DNA of 64,000 nucleotides from Escherichia coli (GTDB lineage Bacteria; Pseudomonadota; Gammaproteobacteria; Enterobacterales; Enterobacteriaceae): NCBI RefSeq assembly GCF_022846255.1, contig NZ_AP025682.1; one strand, 5' to 3'. Shown piece by piece: positions 52,504 to 64,000 of this stretch (position 1 is its first letter; each line of letters starts with the position of its first letter). The notes under the pieces were generated by a model. It saw only the letters and a program-made list of their open reading frames with translations, ran no database searches and was not told where the DNA came from. The position numbers and the translations under genes were made by a program.

Positions 52504-53586
52504 GTGAAACCAGTAACGCTATACGATGTCGCAGAGTATGCCGGTGTCTCTTATCAGACCGTTTCCCGCGTGGTGAACCAGGCCAGCCACGTTTCTGCGA
52601 AAACGCGGGAAAAAGTAGAAGCGGCGATGGCGGAGCTGAATTACATTCCCAACCGCGTGGCACAACAACTGGCGGGCAAGCAGTCGTTGCTGATTGGCGT
52701 TGCCACCTCCAGTCTGGCCCTGCACGCGCCGTCGCAAATTGTCGCGGCGATTAAATCTCGCGCCGATCAACTGGGTGCCAGCGTGGTGGTGTCGATGGTA
52801 GAACGAAGCGGCGTCGAAGCCTGTAAAGCGGCGGTGCACAATCTTCTCGCGCAACGCGTCAGTGGGCTGATCATTAACTATCCGCTGGATGACCAGGATG
52901 CCATTGCTGTGGAAGCTGCCTGCACTAATGTTCCGGCTTTATTTCTTGATGTCTCTGACCAGACACCCATCAACAGTATTATTTTCTCCCATGAAGACGG
53001 TACGCGACTGGGCGTGGAGCATCTGGTCGCATTGGGTCACCAGCAAATCGCGCTGTTAGCAGGTCCATTAAGTTCTGTCTCGGCGCGTCTGCGTCTGGCG
53101 GGCTGGCATAAATATCTCACACGCAATCAAATTCAGCCGATAGCGGAACGGGAAGGCGACTGGAGTGCTATGTCCGGTTTTCAACAAACCATGCAAATGC
53201 TGAATGAGGGCATCGTCCCCACTGCGATGCTGGTTGCCAACGATCAGATGGCGCTGGGCGCAATGCGCGCCATTACCGAGTCCGGGCTGCGCGTTGGTGC
53301 GGATATCTCGGTAGTGGGATACGACGATACCGAAGACAGCTCGTGTTATATCCCGCCGTTAACCACCATCAAACAGGATTTTCGCCTGCTGGGGCAAACC
53401 AGCGTGGACCGCTTGCTGCAACTCTCTCAGGGCCAGGCGGTGAAGGGCAATCAGCTGTTGCCCGTCTCACTGGTGAAAAGAAAAACCACCCTTCCGCCCA
53501 ATACGCAAACCGCTTCTCCCCAGGCGTTGGCAGATTCTTTAATGCAGCTGGCGCGACAAATTTCCCGACTCGAAAGCGGGCAGTGA
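52504..53586 (+). CDS. lacI: lactose operon repressor LacI
   Basis: GTG start; translation VKPVTLYDVAEYAGVSYQTVSRVVNQASHVSAKTREKVEAAMAELNYIPNRVAQQLAGKQSLLIGVATSSLALHAPSQIVAAIKSRADQLG...; 360 aa. Confidence 0.97.
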   Translation: MKPVTLYDVAEYAGVSYQTVSRVVNQASHVSAKTREKVEAAMAELNYIPNRVAQQLAGKQSLLIGVATSSLALHAPSQIVAAIKSRADQLGASVVVSMVERSGVEACKAAVHNLLAQRVSGLIINYPLDDQDAIAVEAACTNVPALFLDVSDQTPINSIIFSHEDGTRLGVEHLVALGHQQIALLAGPLSSVSARLRLAGWHKYLTRNQIQPIAEREGDWSAMSGFQQTMQMLNEGIVPTAMLVANDQMALGAMRAITESGLRVGADISVVGYDDTEDSSCYIPPLTTIKQDFRLLGQTSVDRLLQLSQGQAVKGNQLLPVSLVKRKTTLPPNTQTASPQALADSLMQLARQISRLESGQ

Positions 53587-53599
53587 GCGCAACGCAATT
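53579..53599 (+). promoter_or_regulatory. lac operator O3
   Basis: GGCAGTGAGCGCAACGCAATT overlapping the lacI 3' end. Confidence 0.85.
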
Positions 53600-53621
53600 A
53601 ATGTGAGTCAGCTCACTCATT
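53600..53621 (+). promoter_or_regulatory. CRP (CAP) binding site of lac promoter
   Basis: AATGTGAGTCAGCTCACTCATT with TGTGA-N6-TCACT core; one spacer base differs from the remembered K-12 sequence (GTTAGC to GTCAGC). Confidence 0.85.
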
Positions 53622-53634
53622 AGGCACCCCAGGC

Positions 53635-53664
53635 TTTACACTTTATGCGTCCGGCTCGTATGTT
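53635..53664 (+). promoter_or_regulatory. lac promoter (-35 TTTACA, 18-bp spacer, -10 TATGTT)
   Basis: Canonical lacP elements read directly from the sequence. Confidence 0.9.
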
Positions 53665-53670
53665 GTGTGA

Positions 53671-56783
<3,113 letters not shown>

Positions 56784-56789
56784 TAATAA

Positions 56790-58088
<1,299 letters not shown>

Positions 58089-58096
58089 GCAATCAA

Positions 58097-58128
58097 TGTC
58101 GGATGCGGCGCGAGCGCCTTATCCGACC
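58097..58128. repeat. REP element between lacY and lacA
   Basis: TGTCGGATGCGGCGCGAGCGCCTTATCCGACC. Confidence 0.75.
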
Positions 58129-58153
58129 AACATATCAGGGCGGAATGATCGCA

Positions 58154-58765
58154 ATGAACATGTCGATGACAGAAAGAATAAAAGCAGGCAAGCTATTTAC
58201 CGATATGTGCGAAGGCTTACCTGAAAAAAGACTTCGTGGAAAAACGTTAATGTATGAGTTTAATCACTCGCATCCATCAGAAGTTGATAAAAGAGAAAGC
58301 CTGATTAAAGAAATGTTTGCCACGGTAGGGGAAAACGCCTGGGTAGAACCCCCCGTCTATTTCTCTTACGGTTCCAACATCCATATAGGCCGCAATTTTT
58401 ATGCAAATTTCAATTTAACCATTGTCGACGACTACACGGTAACGATCGGTGATAACGTACTGATTGCACCCAACGTTACTCTTTCCGTTACGGGACACCC
58501 GATACACCATGAATTGAGAAAAAACGGAGAGATGTACTCTTTTCCGATAACGATTGGCAATAACGTCTGGATCGGAAGTCATGTGGTTATTAATCCAGGC
58601 GTCACCATCGGGGATAATTCTGTTATTGGCGCGGGTAGTATCGTCACAAAAGACATTCCACCAAACGTCGTGGCTACTGGCGTTCCTTGTCGGGTTATTC
58701 GCGAAATAAACGACCGGGATAAGCAATATTATTTCAAAGATTTTAAAGTTGAGTCTTCAGTTTAA
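58154..58765 (+). CDS. lacA: galactoside O-acetyltransferase LacA
   Basis: Translation MNMSMTERIKAGKLFTDMCEGLPEKRLRGKTLMYEFNHSHPSEVDKRESLIKEMFATVGENAWVEPPVYFSYGSNIHIGRNFYANFNLTIVDD...; hexapeptide repeat; 203 aa. ORF track extends upstream. Confidence 0.95.
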   Translation: MNMSMTERIKAGKLFTDMCEGLPEKRLRGKTLMYEFNHSHPSEVDKRESLIKEMFATVGENAWVEPPVYFSYGSNIHIGRNFYANFNLTIVDDYTVTIGDNVLIAPNVTLSVTGHPIHHELRKNGEMYSFPITIGNNVWIGSHVVINPGVTIGDNSVIGAGSIVTKDIPPNVVATGVPCRVIREINDRDKQYYFKDFKVESSV

Positions 58766-58779
58766 ATAAGCAAAATTAC

Positions 58780-58858
58780 CTGATGCGCTCCGCTTATCAG
58801 GCCTACAATTTCAGTGATCTACGTAGGCCGGATAAGGTGTTCACGCCGCATCCGGCAT
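58780..58858. repeat. REP/BIME element at the lacA-codA junction
   Basis: GCGCTCCGCTTATCAGGCCTAC ... GTAGGCCGGATAAGGTGTTCACGCCGCATCCGGCA palindromic units. Confidence 0.8.
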
Positions 58859-58885
58859 AAACTACGCTCGCGGTAGCCCAGCCGA

Positions 58886-60169
58886 TTACCGTTTGTAATC
58901 GATGGCTTCTGGCTGCTCCAGATATACGGTGGTTTGTGCCGGTTGTGTGCTGGCAATCACCTTACCGCCACGTACCGAATAACGTACCGGAACCTGACGG
59001 CGCAACGCATCAAACCCATTTTCAGCCGGCAGGATAATCAGGTTGGCGCTGTTTCCGGCGGCAATGCCGTAATCCTGCAAATTCAACGTCCTGGCGCTAT
59101 GGTGGGTGATTAAATTCAGGCCGTCGTTAATCTGCCCGTAGCCCATCAGTTGGCAAACATGCAGCCCCATATGCAGCACTTGCAGCATATTCGCCGTTCC
59201 CAGCGGATACCACGGATCGAAGACATCATCGTGACCAAAGCAGACGTTAATGCCGGACTCCAGCATCTCTTTAACGCGCGTGATACCGCGACGTTTTGGA
59301 TACGTATCGAAACGTCCTTGCAGATGAATATTGACCAACGGGTTGGCGACAAAGTTAATACCGGACATTTTCAGCAAACGAAACAGGCGCGAAGTATACG
59401 CCCCGTTATAGGAGTGCATTGCCGTAGTATGGCTGGCGGTGACTCGCGCGCCCATGCCTTCACGGTGCGCCAGGGCAGCAACGGTTTCGACAAAGCGTGA
59501 TTGCTCATCATCAATCTCGTCACAGTGAACATCGATGAGACGGTCGTATTTTTGCGCCAGGGCGAAGGTTTTATGCAGCGACTCCACGCCATATTCACGG
59601 GTAAATTCAAAATGCGGAATCGCCCCAACAACGTCTGCCCCTAAGCGTAACGCCTCTTCCAGCAACGCTTCACCATTGGGATACGACAAAATCCCTTCCT
59701 GCGGGAAGGCGACGATTTGTAGATCAATCCACGGCGCAACTTCCTGTTTCACTTCCAGCATTGCTTTCAGCGCAGTCAGCGTTGCGTCCGAAACATCGAC
59801 ATGGGTACGCACATGCTGAATGCCGTTGGCAATCTGCCATTTCAGCGTTTGCCATGCGCGTTGTTTCACATCGTCATGAGTTAATAACGCTTTGCGCTCG
59901 GCCCAGCGTTCAATGCCTTCAAACAGCGTGCCGGACTGATTCCAGTTCGGTTGTCCGGCGGTTTGCGTGGTGTCCAGGTGAATATGCGGCTCCACAAACG
60001 GCGGTAAAACTAAACCTTGTTCGGCATCCAGGCTGTTTTCAGTTACGGGCATCACACCAGATTGCGTATCAATGGCGCTGATTTTTCCGTCGTGAAGATG
60101 AATCTGCCACAGCCCCTCTTTGCCGGGTAACCGGGCGTTAATAATTGTTTGTAAAGCGTTATTCGACAC
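58886..60169 (-). CDS. codA: cytosine deaminase CodA
   Basis: Translation (V)[75 protein letters not shown]...; GTG start as in K-12; 427 aa. Confidence 0.95.
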   Translation of the reverse strand: MSNNALQTIINARLPGKEGLWQIHLHDGKISAIDTQSGVMPVTENSLDAEQGLVLPPFVEPHIHLDTTQTAGQPNWNQSGTLFEGIERWAERKALLTHDDVKQRAWQTLKWQIANGIQHVRTHVDVSDATLTALKAMLEVKQEVAPWIDLQIVAFPQEGILSYPNGEALLEEALRLGADVVGAIPHFEFTREYGVESLHKTFALAQKYDRLIDVHCDEIDDEQSRFVETVAALAHREGMGARVTASHTTAMHSYNGAYTSRLFRLLKMSGINFVANPLVNIHLQGRFDTYPKRRGITRVKEMLESGINVCFGHDDVFDPWYPLGTANMLQVLHMGLHVCQLMGYGQINDGLNLITHHSARTLNLQDYGIAAGNSANLIILPAENGFDALRRQVPVRYSVRGGKVIASTQPAQTTVYLEQPEAIDYKR

Positions 60170-61418
60170 TGTTAGCCTCCACATGCGTCATTGCTGCTGT
60201 CGTTTTACGATTCAAAATCGGGTTAAGGATCAGATAGCTCAGCGCGCCACCTAATACCGCGTTGACCGGAACAATTCCCGGTAACCAGTGGCCTGCGGCA
60301 ATCCCCAGCGCGACCGCCAGAATCGCCACCCAATTGACACTCATCATACGCGTGGTCGCAAAGTGCTCATAGCGGCGACGGTTCATCAGATAATCAGCGA
60401 TGATCACGCCGCCCACCGGAGGAATAGCTGCCGAAAGGAAGGTCAACCAGCCGACAAAATTGTTATACAGCCATAATGCGCAGACCGTACCGATAATACC
60501 GTTAATCACCGAAAGGGTTTTGCTCGACATACCGGTAATGTTGGCGAAACCTAAACCCGACGCATAGAGCGCGTTATCGTTGGTGGTCCAGATATTCAGC
60601 CCCAGCACCACAATCGCAGGCAGCAGCAGGCCCTGAGCAATCATCACATCAGAGATATCCGCCATCCCCAGTGCCGCCGCGCCCGCTGCACCGAAAATAA
60701 ACATCAACGAGTTGCCGAGGAAAAAGGCCACCATCGCCACCAGCACCGCCAGTTTGGCATTACGACCAAACCGGACAAAGTCAGCGGTGAGCGTGCCCGC
60801 ACTGATAAATGACCCCACAACCAGCGCCAGCGCGACATTGAAATCTAACGGTTGTGCGGGAACGACCGCTTTTAATGCGTCCAGGCCGCCCATGCCGTTA
60901 ACGGCCAACCACACGGAATAACCGCCAAGACAGGCGATAGCCGGAACCGCAATCACCGAAAGAACTGTCAGCGCCGAAATGCCAAAGAAGACGGTGACGG
61001 TCATCAGTAAACCGGAGACGGCAATCAGCAAATTAATATCCAGCCCGGTTGCCTTGCCCACCGGAATAGCAAACATCGCCACGCCAACGCCAAACCAGCC
61101 AACCTGGGTGCCGCCCAGCAGCAGTGAAGGCAACCATGAGCCTTTAACACCAAACGAGAAGCGAGCAAGAAGATGGGTGGTCAGGCCGGTTTTTGCGCCA
61201 ATGTAACCAAGAAATGAAGTGTAAATACCGAGGAGAAGATTACCGATGAGAACTGCGAGGAAGAAATCATGATAGCTAAGACCGGTTCCGAGAGTGCCGC
61301 CGGTCCACATACTGGCGGAAAAGAAGGTTAATCCCAGCATGACGAACGTCAATGCCAATACCCCTTTCCGCGCCGACTGCGGGACTGGCCCCTGGCTAAA
61401 GTTGTTATCTTGCGACAC
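60159..61418 (-). CDS. codB: cytosine permease CodB
   Basis: Translation [79 protein letters not shown]...; 419 aa. Confidence 0.95.
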   Translation of the reverse strand: MSQDNNFSQGPVPQSARKGVLALTFVMLGLTFFSASMWTGGTLGTGLSYHDFFLAVLIGNLLLGIYTSFLGYIGAKTGLTTHLLARFSFGVKGSWLPSLLLGGTQVGWFGVGVAMFAIPVGKATGLDINLLIAVSGLLMTVTVFFGISALTVLSVIAVPAIACLGGYSVWLAVNGMGGLDALKAVVPAQPLDFNVALALVVGSFISAGTLTADFVRFGRNAKLAVLVAMVAFFLGNSLMFIFGAAGAAALGMADISDVMIAQGLLLPAIVVLGLNIWTTNDNALYASGLGFANITGMSSKTLSVINGIIGTVCALWLYNNFVGWLTFLSAAIPPVGGVIIADYLMNRRRYEHFATTRMMSVNWVAILAVALGIAAGHWLPGIVPVNAVLGGALSYLILNPILNRKTTAAMTHVEANSVE

Positions 61419-61572
61419 GAAATTCCCCCTTTTTGCTGTTTGAAACCCAAAAAATCCGCCGCATTCTATTCATCTGAAGATAAAAAGCAATCGTTTTCGT
61501 AGGGGGATATATTTTTTATATGAATGAGTGCAAAAAGGCGGGGGAAACTTATCTGTGTAAAAACAGTGGGTA

Positions 61573-61652
61573 GGCATGATAAGACGCGTCAGCGTCGCAT
61601 CAGGCATCTGCGCACGGTGTCGGATGCGGCGCGAGCGCCTTATCCGACCTAC
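61573..61652. repeat. REP/BIME element between codB and prpE
   Basis: GCATGATAAGACGCGTCAGCGTCGCATCAGGC ... GTCGGATGCGGCGCGAGCGCCTTATCCGACCTAC. Confidence 0.8.
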
Positions 61653-63535
61653 TCTTCCATCGCCTGGCGGATCTGATCCAACGACGCCGGATCATCAATG
61701 GTCGTCAGATCCCCCGGATCGCGTCCTTCGCAAATCGCCTGGATCGTGCGGCGCAGCATTTTTCCGGATCGCGTTTTTGGCAATTGCGAGACAAACCAGA
61801 CGTGCGCCGGGCGGCCAAAGTTGCCAATCTGGCTGTCCACCAGCGCCATAATCGCCTTCTCTTGCGAGTGCGCCACCTCACGGTCTTCCAGACTGTCGCT
61901 CTCTTTCGGAATGACAAACGCCACCGCCACCTGCCCTTTCAGCGCATCTTTCACCCCAACCACCGCCACTTCGGCAACGCCCGGATGACTGGAGATACTC
62001 TCTTCAATCTCACGCGTACCCAGCCGATGTCCGGCAACGTTAATCACATCGTCAGTGCGCCCGAGAATAAAGTGATAACCGTCAGCATCGCGGATGCCCC
62101 AGTCAAAAGTGGCGTACACCGGACGGGAAAACAGCGACCAGTACGTCTTCACAAAGCGGTCGTCGTCGCCCCAGATGGTCTGAATACAGCCTGGCGGCAA
62201 TGGCCCCTCCACCACCAGCATCCCTTTCTCATTGACGCCACACGGTTCACCGGTGACTTCATTGAGCAACTGCACGTTATAGCCATACATCGGCACGCCG
62301 GGGCTTCCCAGACGCGTCGGTCTGTCATCCAGACCGCGAGCAATCGCCATAATCGGCCAGCCGGATTCGGTCTGCCAGTAGTTGTCGATGACCGGCACAT
62401 CCAGCGTATTGCTCACCCAACTGGCGGTCGGCTCGTCCAGCGGTTCTCCAGCCAGATAGAGCACTTCCAGCGACGAAAGATCGTGTTTGCGAATTTCAGC
62501 GGTAGGGAATTTTTTCAGCACGCGAATGGCGGTCGGCGCTGAGAACATGCGGCTAACCTGATATTTCTCGACAATTTTCCACCACACGCCGCAGTCCGGC
62601 CAGGTCGGCAATCCTTCGTAAACGATAGTCGCCATCCCCGCCAGCAGCGGCGCGTAAACGATATACGAATGCCCTACCACCCAGCCGATATCCGAAGCAC
62701 AAAAGAACACGCCGCCCGCTTTGCCGCCAAAAATGATGTCCATCGAGGTCGCCAGCGCCACCGCATATCCGCCGACATCACGCTGCACACCTTTAGGTTT
62801 GCCGGTCGTGCCGGAGGTGTAGAGAATGCAGGAGGTTTCGTTGGATTCCAGCCACGCCACCGGCACCCGCGCGCCGATGTGCTGATGGCGCAACGACGCG
62901 AAATCGACATCCCGCCCGCTAACGCGCGCCATTTTCGCCAGCCCGCGATCCACCAGTAAAACGTGACGCGGCTGATGCTGTGCCTGACTTATCGCATCGT
63001 CGAGCAATTTTTTATACGGAATGATTTTACCGCCGCGCGCCCCGGCATCAGCCGAGACAATCAGCACCGGTTTAGCGTCATCAATTCGCGTTGCCACGCT
63101 GTGCGAAGCAAATCCCCCAAACACCACCGAGTGAATAGCACCAATGCGCGCGCAGGCCAGCAGGGTAATATGCGCTTCGGCAATCATCGGCATATACACC
63201 AGCACCCGATCGCCACGCTGCACGCCCAGTGAGCGCAGCATTGACGCCACCGCATTCACTTCGTCATGCAGCTGGCGGAAGGTAAAGGTACGCTCTTCCT
63301 CTGTTTCCGAAGAGACGGCAATCAATGCCAGCGCCCCTGGCTGTTTCTCCAGCCAGCGATCGATAGCGTTGTGACACAAGTTGGTTCGGCCTTCACAAAA
63401 CCAACGGGCAAACGGCGGGTTGCTGTGGTCTAGCGTTTGCGTAAAGGGCGTCTGCCAGTCAATACGCCGGGCCTGCTCGGCCCAGAACTGCTCCGGTTCG
63501 TTAATCGAACGCTGATAAAATTCGCTAAAAGACAT
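61649..63535 (-). CDS. prpE: propionate--CoA ligase PrpE
   Basis: Translation MSFSEFYQRSINEPEQFWAEQARRIDWQTPFTQTLDHSNPPFARWFCEGRTNLCHNAIDRWLEKQPGALALIAVSSETEEERTFT... with AMP-binding motif YTSGTTGKPKG; 628 aa. Confidence 0.95.
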   Translation of the reverse strand: MSFSEFYQRSINEPEQFWAEQARRIDWQTPFTQTLDHSNPPFARWFCEGRTNLCHNAIDRWLEKQPGALALIAVSSETEEERTFTFRQLHDEVNAVASMLRSLGVQRGDRVLVYMPMIAEAHITLLACARIGAIHSVVFGGFASHSVATRIDDAKPVLIVSADAGARGGKIIPYKKLLDDAISQAQHQPRHVLLVDRGLAKMARVSGRDVDFASLRHQHIGARVPVAWLESNETSCILYTSGTTGKPKGVQRDVGGYAVALATSMDIIFGGKAGGVFFCASDIGWVVGHSYIVYAPLLAGMATIVYEGLPTWPDCGVWWKIVEKYQVSRMFSAPTAIRVLKKFPTAEIRKHDLSSLEVLYLAGEPLDEPTASWVSNTLDVPVIDNYWQTESGWPIMAIARGLDDRPTRLGSPGVPMYGYNVQLLNEVTGEPCGVNEKGMLVVEGPLPPGCIQTIWGDDDRFVKTYWSLFSRPVYATFDWGIRDADGYHFILGRTDDVINVAGHRLGTREIEESISSHPGVAEVAVVGVKDALKGQVAVAFVIPKESDSLEDREVAHSQEKAIMALVDSQIGNFGRPAHVWFVSQLPKTRSGKMLRRTIQAICEGRDPGDLTTIDDPASLDQIRQAMEE

Positions 63536-63574
63536 AATGCTCTCCTGTTGAACTTACGCCTTACCGCCGTTTAC

Positions 63575-64000
63575 TTAAATGACGTACAGGTCGAGATACT
63601 CATTGACCGGCATCTGTTCCAGGCGAGTTCTGTCGAGAGAAACCTCCAGAATGCGCTGCTGCTGGCGAGTCGGGAACTGGCGCGCGAGATTGATTTTGAA
63701 TTTATCGACCAGCTTCGGAATGCCATCCTGACGGCGGCGAGCATGACCAATGGGGTACTCCACCACCACTTCTTCAAAGCGCGTGCCGTCGGTGAACTCA
63801 AGGGTTATGGCATTGGCGATGGCGCGTTTTTCCGGGTCGTGGTAGTCAGCGGTAAACGCCGGATCTTCAAAGCAATTGCTCTTCTCGCGCAGGGCGTCGA
63901 TGCGTTTATCTTGCGCAACGTTGTCCTCGTAATCTGCCGCCGTTAAGCGCCCGAACAGCAGCGGGATCGCCACCATGTACTGAATGCAGTGGTCGCGGTC
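63575..64000 (-). CDS. prpD: 2-methylcitrate dehydratase PrpD, 3' portion (truncated by window end)
   Basis: C-terminal translation ...DYEDNVAQDKRIDALREKSNCFEDPAFTADYHDPEKRAIANAITLEFTDGTRFEEVVVEYPIGHARRRQDGIPKLVDKFKINLARQF... upstream of prpE; reading frame continues to the window edge. Confidence 0.9.
   Translation of the reverse strand, partial: DRDHCIQYMVAIPLLFGRLTAADYEDNVAQDKRIDALREKSNCFEDPAFTADYHDPEKRAIANAITLEFTDGTRFEEVVVEYPIGHARRRQDGIPKLVDKFKINLARQFPTRQQQRILEVSLDRTRLEQMPVNEYLDLYVI

Overview
This window is an Escherichia coli chromosomal segment that matches, from memory, the K-12 interval prpD to acpH (about b0334 to b0404) in reverse orientation. All gene calls rest on reading the supplied six-frame translations against remembered protein sequences; no database search or computation was run. 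Recognised loci in order: acpH, malZ, proY, brnQ, phoBR, sbcDC, araJ, mak, rdgC, ppnP, aroM-yaiA-aroL, yaiI, proC, dgcC(adrA), psiF-phoA, iraP, ddlA, yaiZ/yaiY/yaiW, sbmA, ampH, yaiV, yaiT, hemB, tauABCD, frmRAB, yaiL, mhpT and mhpR-mhpABCDFE, lacI-lacZYA, codBA, prpE and the 3' end of prpD. No rRNA, tRNA, CRISPR array, transposase or integrase was seen. Four differences from the K-12 layout stand out. (1) The main candidate: a low-GC 481-aa ORF of unknown function (896-2341, minus strand) sits between malZ and acpH, which are adjacent in K-12; it has a lysine/glutamate-rich repetitive central segment and no neighbouring mobility gene. (2) The cynRTSX operon is absent, so lacA abuts codA across a REP element. 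(3) The yaiO-IS-yaiP-yaiS block is absent, so tauA abuts frmR. (4) yaiT is an intact 982-aa autotransporter rather than the IS3-disrupted K-12 pseudogene. Small polymorphisms in the lac control region indicate a natural isolate rather than a K-12 lab strain.
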